Shown here: piece by piece, positions 43,631 through 52,317 of the stretch
Numbering within the stretch: position 1 is the first letter of the stretch
How the letters are laid out: the number at the start of each line of letters is the position of its first letter
IMG/VR virus record: IMGVR_UViG_3300027899_000001
Span: 334,373 to 398,372 of that record
Direction: 5' to 3' (one strand)
Origin: a virus
Length of the DNA stretch: 64,000 bases
Position numbers and translations under genes: made by a program
The notes under the pieces: model-generated
The model's database searches: none
Told to the model about the DNA's origin: nothing
Seen by the model: the letters and a program-made list of their open reading frames with translations, nothing else

Positions 43631-43700
43631 TGAATATTTTTTTCAAAAAATTAAAACAACTTATATTATTTTTTATATAAAATTTATATAATGATTAATC

Positions 43701-44504
43701 ATGAAAGATTTTAGAAAAACAGAAAATGGATTTTTTATTTGTGAAGAATGTGGGATAATAACTAAAAGAAAATCTGGGTTAAGTAAACATATTAATATTC
43801 ATCATATTAATGTAAAAACATATTTTGATAAATGGATAAAAGATATCGATGATGATAAATGTAAAATATGTAAAAAAGAAACTAAATATCTTAACATAAA
43901 AACTGGATATAAAAATACTTGTTGTAAAAAATGCGAAAATTTATATAAACATAATAGAACAAAAGAAGAGTGTATTAAAAAATATGGAGTAGAACACCCT
44001 TTGCAAGATATATCTATAAATGAAAAACAAAAACAATCAATGATAAATGTTTGGGGTGTAAGTAATCCTGGCCAATCAAATGAATTAAAATTAAAAAAGA
44101 AAAAAACTTTTGTATTAAGATATAAGTGTGAAAATCCTTTACAAATTAAAACAATATTTTATAAAACTCAAATATCTGGATATAATTGTAAATTATTCAA
44201 AAATACTACTATTTATTATAGAGGCTCATATGAATTAGATTTTTTAGAAAAATATTATGACATATACCCCGATATTGAAAACGGTCCATCTATTAAATAT
44301 AAAATCGGTGTAAAAAATAAAATATATTATCCGGACTTTTTTATTCCGTCATTAAATCTTATAATTGAATGTAAAAATTCGTATTTAGCTAAAAAAGATA
44401 AAAAACTTATAAAGATTAAAGAAAATGCATGTATTGAAAACGGTTTTAATTATTGTATTATAATAAATAAACAATATGAAAATTTAAGATGGCTCAAGAA
44501 TTAA
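43701..44504 (+). CDS. C2H2 zinc-finger plus PD-(D/E)XK nuclease, homing-endonuclease-like
   Basis: CEECGIITKRKSGLSKHINIHH; C-terminus YYPDFFIPSLNLIIECK; opposite strand to its neighbours. Confidence 0.55.
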   Translation: MKDFRKTENGFFICEECGIITKRKSGLSKHINIHHINVKTYFDKWIKDIDDDKCKICKKETKYLNIKTGYKNTCCKKCENLYKHNRTKEECIKKYGVEHPLQDISINEKQKQSMINVWGVSNPGQSNELKLKKKKTFVLRYKCENPLQIKTIFYKTQISGYNCKLFKNTTIYYRGSYELDFLEKYYDIYPDIENGPSIKYKIGVKNKIYYPDFFIPSLNLIIECKNSYLAKKDKKLIKIKENACIENGFNYCIIINKQYENLRWLKN

Positions 44505-45185
44505 TCCTATTCCTGAAATATTTTTTATATTTAATTTTATTTTATTTTCTTTAAATGTCTTTCGTAAATAAGATAAATAAACATCACAAGATCTACCAGC
44601 AAAATAATCATTTGGTTTTCTCCAAACTTTTTCAAGTATAACTTCTTTTCTTACAACTTGTCCGTAATTTATTGCTAATACTTCAAGTATACTACCTTCT
44701 TTAGGAGAAAGCTCTTTAACTTCTTTTCCGTTATAAGAAAGAATTCTACGAGTTGGATCATAAACACATTTTGCAAATTCAATTTTATCATGCATTTTAA
44801 CTGTAAGTTTCTGAAGAACTTCAAATGTTTTTGTGTATGAAAGAATATTATGTACAACTGATTTGACAAATACATTATATGCAGCATCTCCTTCAAATTT
44901 CATGGGTTCATTCACATAAATATCAGCAGGAACAGTAAAAGTTAATTCATTTACAATAATTCCTATGATAGGAGTATATGGCGTACTTTTTTTAATAAAA
45001 CCTACAGCCTTTTTGAAAAATAGAGTATCGTTTGATAAAATATAAGCTTCTGCACTGCCTTGCTCAATTTGTTCAAATAAAACATGTTCCATTTTTGCCC
45101 CAATTATTTCGTGGCCAGATTCTTTTGCGAATCTTATAAACATATTTAACAAATCAGTGTTTTCTGTATTCACTACAATTTTCAT
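44484..45185 (-). CDS. OmpR/PhoB-type winged-helix transcriptional regulator with an atypical N-terminal domain
   Basis: The C-terminus SPKEGSILEVLAINYGQVVRKEVILEKVWRKPNDYFAGRSCDVYLSYLRKTF resembles trans_reg_C; the N-terminal domain lacks an obvious receiver Asp pocket. Confidence 0.5.
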   Translation of the reverse strand: MKIVVNTENTDLLNMFIRFAKESGHEIIGAKMEHVLFEQIEQGSAEAYILSNDTLFFKKAVGFIKKSTPYTPIIGIIVNELTFTVPADIYVNEPMKFEGDAAYNVFVKSVVHNILSYTKTFEVLQKLTVKMHDKIEFAKCVYDPTRRILSYNGKEVKELSPKEGSILEVLAINYGQVVRKEVILEKVWRKPNDYFAGRSCDVYLSYLRKTFKENKIKLNIKNISGIGLILEPS

Positions 45186-45203
45186 ATGTATTTTGTTAAT
45201 TTA

Positions 45204-45246
45204 TAATGCAAATATAAACAAAATCTTTGAATTAAAAAAATATTTG
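45204..45246 (-). promoter_or_regulatory. conserved promoter-like motif, copy 11
   Basis: aatgcaaatataaacaaaatctttgaattaaaaaaatatttg. Confidence 0.45.
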
Positions 45247-45281
45247 TTAAAAATTAATTAAGATTTAATGTTAATGTTTTG

Positions 45282-45482
45282 TTAATGTTCTTTTATGTAA
45301 TGAGAAATTACACTTACAAGTGCATCAGATTCTTCTTGAGTAAATTCTCCATTTTTTACGGCTTCTGTCATTCTTTTTTTCACATCTCTAAGATATAAAA
45401 AATCGCTTAATTTTTCAAATATGAATATTAATATACATAATCCGGTAATAGACATTGTGATAATAAATAAAATGTTATTCAT
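45282..45482 (-). CDS. small membrane protein
   Basis: N-terminal TM helix. Confidence 0.35.
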   Translation of the reverse strand: MNNILFIITMSITGLCILIFIFEKLSDFLYLRDVKKRMTEAVKNGEFTQEESDALVSVISHYIKEH

Positions 45483-45497
45483 TGTTATAATATTAAA

Positions 45498-46280
45498 TTA
45501 AAATCCTAAGTGTTTTCTACGAACATATTCAAGATCATATGAAGTTGTTGTTAATGGAAATTCTGGATTATTAAAAGGATAATGCCATGGCCACATAGTC
45601 CTCCAATGTACTCCCCATTTTTTAGTAAGATATTCAAAATTTATAATATTTACTTCATTTATTCTATTCCATAAAGCTTCATCACATCTTTTCGTTTGAG
45701 CTCCTGTTTTATAATAATCTGTTCCTCCGCCATGATAATATACATGATCAAGCCCCATTACTCTTTTTATTGGATTATGTTTAAGTCTCATTATATAATC
45801 AGCATCTTCTCCATATGCAGGATATAAATTTTCATCAAATAATCCATATTTTTGAACGACCCAATCTTTTATAAGAAAAAGTTCCCAAGATCCAACTTCA
45901 GGAAAATCTCCAGGAGAACTATGAACTATACCTACTTCAGGATCACTTGCTTTTTCCATCATTTCATCTAAAAATCCCGGTGTAAATTCAATATCATGAT
46001 TACAAATTATCCAATAAGGAGCATTCATAAAACATTTTATTATTAAATTCCATGCGCCAGAACATCCTACATTTGCGGGCATATGCGTAACAATTATATT
46101 TTTAATATAAGGATGTGGAATTTTTGCAATATTATCAAGTTCTTCAATTAATTGACCACGACCGTTATTATCAAATATTACTAGTGTATCAGTAGGATAA
46201 TCAACACTATCGATTAATTTTTGTATCCAATGTGGTCCATTAACTATGGCAGTTCCTATTACAGGAATAGATGTATTCAT
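45498..46280 (-). CDS. putative nucleotide-sugar glycosyltransferase-like protein (tandem paralog A)
   Basis: IPVIGTAIVNGPHWIQKLIDSVDYPTDTLVIFDNNGRG has a GT-A-like N-terminal layout with a DxD-like DNN; about 45% identical to 46292..47065. Confidence 0.35.
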   Translation of the reverse strand: MNTSIPVIGTAIVNGPHWIQKLIDSVDYPTDTLVIFDNNGRGQLIEELDNIAKIPHPYIKNIIVTHMPANVGCSGAWNLIIKCFMNAPYWIICNHDIEFTPGFLDEMMEKASDPEVGIVHSSPGDFPEVGSWELFLIKDWVVQKYGLFDENLYPAYGEDADYIMRLKHNPIKRVMGLDHVYYHGGGTDYYKTGAQTKRCDEALWNRINEVNIINFEYLTKKWGVHWRTMWPWHYPFNNPEFPLTTTSYDLEYVRRKHLGF

Positions 46281-46291
46281 AAATTAATTTA

Positions 46292-47065
46292 TTAAAAACC
46301 TAAATATTTTTGTCTCATAAAATAAATGTCAAATGAATATGTAGTTAATTGCATTCTTGGATCATTGAAAGGTGTTTGATATGGATTAGTTTCCCAGTCA
46401 TATCCCCATTTTCTATCAATGTAATTAAGATTTAGACTATTTACATATTTTAATTTTTCTGATAAAGAAGGATCACTTTTTTTAGTATTTTCGCCTGTTT
46501 TATAATAATCAGTGCTTAATCCGTGATAATAAGGCTTACTTAATTTATATATAGCTTTTAATGGATATATTTTTAATCTTATAGCATAATCTAAATCTTC
46601 ACAATAAGCAGGATACAAATTTTCATCAAATAAGCCTCTATATTGAATACTCCAATCTCTGATTAAAAATAAGTCATAACTTCCATCTCCAGTATCACCC
46701 GGTTTTCCAAAAATTATACCTACATCTAAATGTTTATTTGCGGTTTCTACCATTTCTTCTAAAAGTCCTGATGAAAATGATATATCATGATTACAAAAAA
46801 TCCAGTAAGGAGCATTCATATAACATTTTATAGTTAAATTCCATGATGCTGCTAAACCTATATTAGCAGGCATATGTGTTACTGTAATTTTTTTAATAAA
46901 CTTATGAGTCATTTTTTTCATATTATCTAACTCTTCGTCTATTTCTCCTCTGCCATTGTTATTAATAATGACAAGATTATCTACTGGATAATCTATGCTT
47001 GCAATTAAACGATATAACCAATATGGATCATTAACTATTGCAGTGCTTATTACTGGTATTGACAT
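46292..47065 (-). CDS. putative glycosyltransferase-like protein (tandem paralog B)
   Basis: IPVISTAIVNDPYWLYRLIASIDYPVDNLVIINNNGRG; paralog of 45498..46280. Confidence 0.35.
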   Translation of the reverse strand: MSIPVISTAIVNDPYWLYRLIASIDYPVDNLVIINNNGRGEIDEELDNMKKMTHKFIKKITVTHMPANIGLAASWNLTIKCYMNAPYWIFCNHDISFSSGLLEEMVETANKHLDVGIIFGKPGDTGDGSYDLFLIRDWSIQYRGLFDENLYPAYCEDLDYAIRLKIYPLKAIYKLSKPYYHGLSTDYYKTGENTKKSDPSLSEKLKYVNSLNLNYIDRKWGYDWETNPYQTPFNDPRMQLTTYSFDIYFMRQKYLGF

Positions 47066-47117
47066 AATTAAAAAAATTAGTGAATTATAATATATATAAT
47101 CACTAAAAAATAGAAGT

Positions 47118-47166
47118 TTCCGGCGGGGTAGGTCTATATCATGTATGCCGGAAACTTCTGAAAAAT
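47118..47166 (-). terminator. rho-independent terminator with a 12-bp stem
   Basis: GAAGTTTCCGGC...GCCGGAAACTTC followed by TATTTTTTAG in minus-strand sense. Confidence 0.5.
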
Positions 47167-47167
47167 A

Positions 47168-47368
47168 TTATATTACTTTGAAAAGAAAAAGAGAAAAAGA
47201 TAATAAACAAATTCCTAATAAAGTTAGATAACCTATTCGTATAGGTCTTTTGAAATCTGCCCACTCTTTTGATAACTTTTTCATTACAATATAATAGCTT
47301 ATGCCTACTATTGTTAAGAGTACTACTAAATTTAGTAATTGAGGCAAAATGCTTCTTAAAAAGTCCAT
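47168..47368 (-). CDS. small membrane protein
   Basis: Two TM helices. Confidence 0.4.
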   Translation of the reverse strand: MDFLRSILPQLLNLVVLLTIVGISYYIVMKKLSKEWADFKRPIRIGYLTLLGICLLSFSLFLFKVI

Positions 47369-47385
47369 AATTTTAATTATTAAAG

Positions 47386-47586
47386 TTAGCGAATTTTACG
47401 AATAAGAATGTGTTTAGAAAGAACCATATATACGTTACAAGATTCAGTGATGTTGTAAACATGAAGTTCATTTTTAACTTTATCAATTCCTTTAATTTGT
47501 ACAAGGTCATTAGCGTGAGTAATATAAACTCCGTCTTTTTTCAATTCGTCTACTGGAAGAGATGGGTCTTTAAGTATTGGTTTCAT
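47386..47586 (-). CDS. hypothetical protein
   Basis: 66 aa ORF. Confidence 0.35.
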   Translation of the reverse strand: MKPILKDPSLPVDELKKDGVYITHANDLVQIKGIDKVKNELHVYNITESCNVYMVLSKHILIRKIR

Positions 47587-47619
47587 ATTGTAAATATTAA
47601 ATTAAAACTTCAAATTATT

Positions 47620-47705
47620 TGCTCCAATATATAGATTCGAACTATAAGCCTTTTCAGGTTCCTGGCCTCTATTTGGGCTCTCATCCAAATGAGTAAAGGA
47701 GTATA
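47620..47705 (-). other. tRNA-like element or tRNA pseudogene
   Basis: Perfect T-arm TATAG-TTCGAAT-CTATA, but no clean acceptor or D-arm pairing; it lies between a promoter-motif copy and the next gene. Confidence 0.25.
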
Positions 47706-47747
47706 TTTTTAATTTTAAAGAACTGTTGTATTAATTATAGTGTAAAT

Positions 47748-47781
47748 ATAATACAAATATTTGATACAAAAAAATATTTTT
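47748..47781 (-). promoter_or_regulatory. conserved promoter-like motif, copy 12
   Basis: tagtgtaaatataatacaaatatttgatacaaaaaaatatttt. Confidence 0.45.
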
Positions 47782-47805
47782 CCATTTATTTTAACAAAAT
47801 CTTAA

Positions 47806-48027
47806 TTATTTTTCTACAGCCATTAAAAGTTCAAGATCTTTAAAAACTGCTTCTACTATTTTTATTTTATCTTTATAAGCTGAAATATGAGCATCCATTA
47901 CAGTTGTTAAATAATCTGCGCCTGTTTGTTTTTTAAGTTTTTCTATTTCAGCAATAGCATTTTCATATACAGTTATTAAACTTGTATATTTCTCAATGAT
48001 TCTTTCGTACTCTTCTTTTTGTGTCAT
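47806..48027 (-). CDS. hypothetical protein
   Basis: 73 aa ORF. Confidence 0.35.
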   Translation of the reverse strand: MTQKEEYERIIEKYTSLITVYENAIAEIEKLKKQTGADYLTTVMDAHISAYKDKIKIVEAVFKDLELLMAVEK

Positions 48028-48034
48028 GATATTT

Positions 48035-48796
48035 TTATTTTAATCGATTAAAAAATAATTCTGGTTTAAGTATTTCTTCTACAGTTGGAGGTTTATTATG
48101 AGCTAATATTTGTATTCCTTTTTTGAGCCCATATTTATCTAAAAAATCTCGTAAAAAATAATAAGAATAAACATATTTATTATTCACTTCATTATTTTTA
48201 TCTAATAAATCTTCTATAGTTTGAGGAATTTGAATTTTATCTAATGGTGAACATTCCTTTAAATGATACACAACATATTCGCACGTACCTTCTTCTATAA
48301 AATCTGCACTAAATTGAGAATTATAGGTTGAAACTGTTCTTAATATTTGATATTCTGGAGAAACTGATAAACTATCATTTTTCATCAGTATTGTTAGCTG
48401 ATGAAAATATACGTGTGTTAATTCATGAAATACAACTGCTTTAACACTTCTTTCTCTATATGAAGTTAGCATTTTTCGAAATTTAGATAAATCTTTATAT
48501 TCATAACAAAGATATTTTTCTCTATTGGTTATAGCTATATCATTAGGAGGATAAAATTCGCCTAAATTATCTTCAGGAGAATCACCCAAGTCATCGGTAT
48601 AAAGATTAACATCATATAATGTATCTATTTTATATTCATATTCTTTAATAAGACTTTCATTATTATCTTCAATATATTTTGTTATTCCATATCTTGAAGG
48701 TGCATGAAGATTATTATACATAATATCCTTTTGAAAAGGAGATATCATAATAAGCCATAAAATAAAAATACCTACAAGATTATTGATACTATTCAT
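48035..48796 (-). CDS. putative zinc metallopeptidase (HExxH), membrane-anchored
   Basis: HELTH motif (VVFHELTHVYFHQ); N-terminal TM helix. Confidence 0.5.
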   Translation of the reverse strand: MNSINNLVGIFILWLIMISPFQKDIMYNNLHAPSRYGITKYIEDNNESLIKEYEYKIDTLYDVNLYTDDLGDSPEDNLGEFYPPNDIAITNREKYLCYEYKDLSKFRKMLTSYRERSVKAVVFHELTHVYFHQLTILMKNDSLSVSPEYQILRTVSTYNSQFSADFIEEGTCEYVVYHLKECSPLDKIQIPQTIEDLLDKNNEVNNKYVYSYYFLRDFLDKYGLKKGIQILAHNKPPTVEEILKPELFFNRLK

Positions 48797-48803
48797 ATAT
48801 ATT

Positions 48804-48847
48804 TTTTACAAATATAAACCAAATTCTTGAATAAAAAAAATATTTTT
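48804..48847 (-). promoter_or_regulatory. conserved promoter-like motif, copy 13
   Basis: acaaatataaaccaaattcttgaataaaaaaaatattttt; about 10 nt from the ATG at 48796. Confidence 0.45.
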
Positions 48848-49113
48848 ATATTTATTTTAGTAACTATACCATTTTAATATACGTGTCGCGCGAGGGTTTT
48901 TATGATTCAGTCTAGAGTATCTGCATTCCTAGAGGGCTTTAGTCTTCAGTTATATGCAGTCAGTGAAAATAGTTTCGCACCAAAATTAATGTTCTGTTAA
49001 AAATAATTTAAAAATAAATGCATAAATATTTTTTTATTACATTAATATTGTTTATATTTGTTCTCAACATAAATATATAAAGTAATGAATGCAATACTAA
49101 ACAAATAAACAAG

Positions 49114-49635
49114 ATGGAAGTAATTAACAAATTAATATTCAAAAAGGCTTCAGGGGAAGTCGTTGATAATGTAGAAAAATATGTTAAGGATTGGACTAAA
49201 GAAAATCCTTATGGAAAAATTATTGTTGGATGTGATAGTCAAGTACATGGACGCAGAATCAAATATTCAATAATTATTTGTATGCATTTTATTGACAGAA
49301 TGCAGGTTGGTCACGGATGTCACTTATTAATATGTGATATTTGGGAAAAACGAATGAATAAATCTCAAGTTGATGAAATGCCATCTAAACTTTGGAAAGA
49401 AGCTGAATTTGCATTACAGACTGCAGAATTGGTAAATGGAACAGATGAATACTTCAAAAATCATATAGAAGTTCATTTGGATTTTAATTCAATTGCTGAA
49501 TCTAATTCACATCAAAATCTATCCAATAGAATGTATGCATCTGGTATAGGATTGCTAAGTGGATATGGATATAAGGTTTTTGGAAAGCCTTTCGCAAAAA
49601 TTTCCTCAAACTGTGCAGACCATTTCTGCAGATAA
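49114..49635 (+). CDS. hypothetical protein
   Basis: 173 aa ORF; followed by a terminator. Confidence 0.4.
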   Translation: MEVINKLIFKKASGEVVDNVEKYVKDWTKENPYGKIIVGCDSQVHGRRIKYSIIICMHFIDRMQVGHGCHLLICDIWEKRMNKSQVDEMPSKLWKEAEFALQTAELVNGTDEYFKNHIEVHLDFNSIAESNSHQNLSNRMYASGIGLLSGYGYKVFGKPFAKISSNCADHFCR

Positions 49636-49672
49636 TTCAAAAGCCCGTATTTCTCGGGCCTTTTTTAATTTT
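49636..49672 (+). terminator. rho-independent terminator
   Basis: AAAGCCCGtatttctCGGGCcTTTTTT. Confidence 0.6.
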
Positions 49673-49702
49673 AATATAGATGAATAAATATAATAAAAGG
49701 CC

Positions 49703-50041
49703 ATGAAAAAACTTCTTATTATTTTATTATTATCTTTAAGTTTAATATCTTGCAGTAAATATTATACAATGGTTATCTATGATAGAACGTATCCTGCGGC
49801 AGATTCTGAAATAGCATATGCAGATTTATATCAACATTTGAAATCATATAATATGGAATCTATTCCACTTGATAAATGGATTTATAATGACATGCAACAT
49901 GATACTATTCATATTACTCAAAAAATGGCAGCAAAAGAAATAGGTAAAAAAGATAATGTATTATTTGTATTTACAGAATTTAAGTATCCAAAATCTTCAT
50001 ATTATAAATTTGTTATAAGATATACAGGAAAAAAGTACTAA
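49703..50041 (+). CDS. putative lipoprotein
   Basis: MKKLLIILLLSLSLISCS lipobox. Confidence 0.5.
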   Translation: MKKLLIILLLSLSLISCSKYYTMVIYDRTYPAADSEIAYADLYQHLKSYNMESIPLDKWIYNDMQHDTIHITQKMAAKEIGKKDNVLFVFTEFKYPKSSYYKFVIRYTGKKY

Positions 50042-50081
50042 ATTATTTTTTTATATCAAGTATTTTGTTTATATTTGTATA
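50040..50081 (+). promoter_or_regulatory. conserved promoter-like motif in plus orientation, immediately upstream of a plus-strand gene
   Basis: ttatttttttatatcaagtattttgtttatatttgtataATG; same gene-sense consensus as the minus-strand copies. Confidence 0.5.
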
Positions 50082-50546
50082 ATGAAAATCTTAATCACAG
50101 GAAGAAGAAATTTTAATAAAATGATGGAATACAATGGTATCACTGATGCTAATGTAGAACAACATGATGATACTATGTTTATTTCAATCGTAAGTCCCGT
50201 AGAACCAGATTTATCTAAAAAAGATAATTCAGATTCCTATTTCAAAGAATGCCATTCAAATGTAAAAGTAATGTCTTTTGGAGATTATATGGATAGTGAA
50301 GCTAAAAGCAATCCTAATGTATTCACAAAAGAACAGGCTAAGGAACTTTATGAGTTTATTATTAAAAATAAAGATAAGAAAATGGCCATTTTGCACTGTG
50401 GCGCTGGAATTTCAAGAAGTGGAGCAATCGGCACTTTCTTATTTGAAAATTTTGGTGATGGCAATTACGAAGAATTCAAAAGAAAAAATCCTCAAATTTG
50501 TCCTAATCCAAGAGTTCTTAGATTACTTAATGAATGTAAGAAATGA
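50082..50546 (+). CDS. dual-specificity / protein-tyrosine phosphatase
   Basis: CX5R P-loop HCGAGISRSG. Confidence 0.7.
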   Translation: MKILITGRRNFNKMMEYNGITDANVEQHDDTMFISIVSPVEPDLSKKDNSDSYFKECHSNVKVMSFGDYMDSEAKSNPNVFTKEQAKELYEFIIKNKDKKMAILHCGAGISRSGAIGTFLFENFGDGNYEEFKRKNPQICPNPRVLRLLNECKK

Positions 50547-51298
50547 TATTAACAGAAGATCAATTACTGATGTTAAATAAATGTGTAGCTCAGGGGCCTA
50601 TAGATAAGGCCTCTGTAGTTATATTTGGCAATGAGTTTGGAACTGCTGGTGGAGAAGGTGATACTGAAAGATGTGTTAATAGATTTATGCATGAATTTGC
50701 CACAAGAAAATTATTACAAATAGGTGAAGGATTTTCAACAATAGAAATAGACTCGCCACCTGTAAACTCAACTTTTCTTCAGTTCATTTCAAGATTTATG
50801 TTAGCACGTAAATATAAAGATGAAAGATTTTTCGGTGAGTTGTCAGAAGAAGGAAAAGTAGTTCTTAATAAGTATATAATGTATGACCTTTATAGAAAAG
50901 ATAGTGCTATAATAAATCTCAGACCACTACCGCGTCACACAGAAAGGCATTGGGACTACTCTAATATAGATGAAAAGGAATATAATAGGCAATACAATTT
51001 TAGCCTTAAGAAGCCTTTGAATGACAAGTATAAAGAGATAAGATTGACAGCTATGAAAGAAGCTTTTCAATTAGCCAAGAATGCTTTGATATTAGGATCA
51101 GGCGATAAAGATAATAAAAAGAAATTTTTTGAAACGATATATCCTGATATTAAATTTGAAGAATACATATTACTTGGAAATGTAAAGATATACGTATCAG
51201 AATTTCCTAAAATAATTCTTTCAAATTACTATGATCATAGAAGTGGTGTAGGATTAAATGGATTGAAAGAAATCTATAGATTTGTTAATACCCTTTAG
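50543..51298 (+). CDS. hypothetical protein
   Basis: 251 aa ORF; ATGA overlap with the PTP gene. Confidence 0.4.
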   Translation: MILTEDQLLMLNKCVAQGPIDKASVVIFGNEFGTAGGEGDTERCVNRFMHEFATRKLLQIGEGFSTIEIDSPPVNSTFLQFISRFMLARKYKDERFFGELSEEGKVVLNKYIMYDLYRKDSAIINLRPLPRHTERHWDYSNIDEKEYNRQYNFSLKKPLNDKYKEIRLTAMKEAFQLAKNALILGSGDKDNKKKFFETIYPDIKFEEYILLGNVKIYVSEFPKIILSNYYDHRSGVGLNGLKEIYRFVNTL

Positions 51299-51821
51299 GT
51301 CTAGTATGAATATCACTTATACAATCGCAAACATCTAAAATATCGTCTCTTGTAAATTCACCAGGATTTTGTGCGCAATAAATTACTCCACTAAGACTGA
51401 CATGACCTGGCATCTTTTTTCTTGGAGGATGTACTATTTCTGGAAAATATTTTAATGATGATATTTTATTGTCTTGAAAAGAAAAATATCCATATATTTC
51501 TCTTGGACATCCTTTTAATGATGTCATATCATTACCCATTATATTAAATTCACCATCTATCACTCCAAATTTTATATAATAGGGGAAATTTCCTAAATGC
51601 TGATTACGTAAATCTACACTACCATATACATCTATAGTTCCATCTATATTGAATGTATATTGATTTTCTGTGAAACCGTGTCTTTCAAAAAATGCAGTAT
51701 TTTTACCTATGTATTTATCTAACCATCTTTTTTGAATAGTTTTTAATCCAATTCCTAAATCATGAATTGGATCGCTTTCTTCTGAAAACCTTTCAGTAAT
51801 ATATTCTCGTACTAATTTCAA
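51285..51821 (-). CDS. EKF/DMGIG-leader family protein; probable TTG start coupled to the upstream stop (TTGA)
   Basis: The leader LKLVREYITERFSEESDPIHDLGIG begins 12 codons inside the track ORF 51285..51854; a TTG at 51819-51821 overlaps the TGA of 51818..52255. Confidence 0.55.
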   Translation of the reverse strand: MKLVREYITERFSEESDPIHDLGIGLKTIQKRWLDKYIGKNTAFFERHGFTENQYTFNIDGTIDVYGSVDLRNQHLGNFPYYIKFGVIDGEFNIMGNDMTSLKGCPREIYGYFSFQDNKISSLKYFPEIVHPPRKKMPGHVSLSGVIYCAQNPGEFTRDDILDVCDCISDIHTRPKGY

Positions 51822-52255
51822 GTTTTTTCTATAATTTTGAAGTATTCTGCCCAAGTAGAATACTTTTCGTCGCTATATAATATCGCTAATCCTAAATAAT
51901 TTTTTTCTAAATTATAGCCTTTTTTTATTTCTTTTTTACAATAATTAAAAAACTCATTATCTCCAAAAAATGCTATATATAATTCTAGTGATTTAGAATG
52001 TTTTTTACTTTTAACAACTACTCCTTTTATATCTTCTTTTGCCCACGGAAGGAAATTTTTTCCAAGAGTATCAGATGGTGAAAAATACATTTTTTTAAGA
52101 TTTGAGGGTGTATCTGCATTATAAAAATCTTTTTTAACTTTTATTGTATCTCCCCTTTTAATATTGCCGAATCCCATCGTTCCTATACCCATATCAGCAA
52201 TAGGGTCGCTTTCTTCTGTAAATTTCTCGTTAATATTTTCTCGTACTATGCGCAT
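51818..52255 (-). CDS. EKF/DMGIG-leader family protein
   Basis: MRIVRENINEKFTEESDPIADMGIG. Confidence 0.7.
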   Translation of the reverse strand: MRIVRENINEKFTEESDPIADMGIGTMGFGNIKRGDTIKVKKDFYNADTPSNLKKMYFSPSDTLGKNFLPWAKEDIKGVVVKSKKHSKSLELYIAFFGDNEFFNYCKKEIKKGYNLEKNYLGLAILYSDEKYSTWAEYFKIIEKT

Positions 52256-52317
52256 CTTCTTTTTTATTTTATTTATTCCAGATTAGAATGAATAAATAAA
52301 TAAAATAAATCGCGAAT

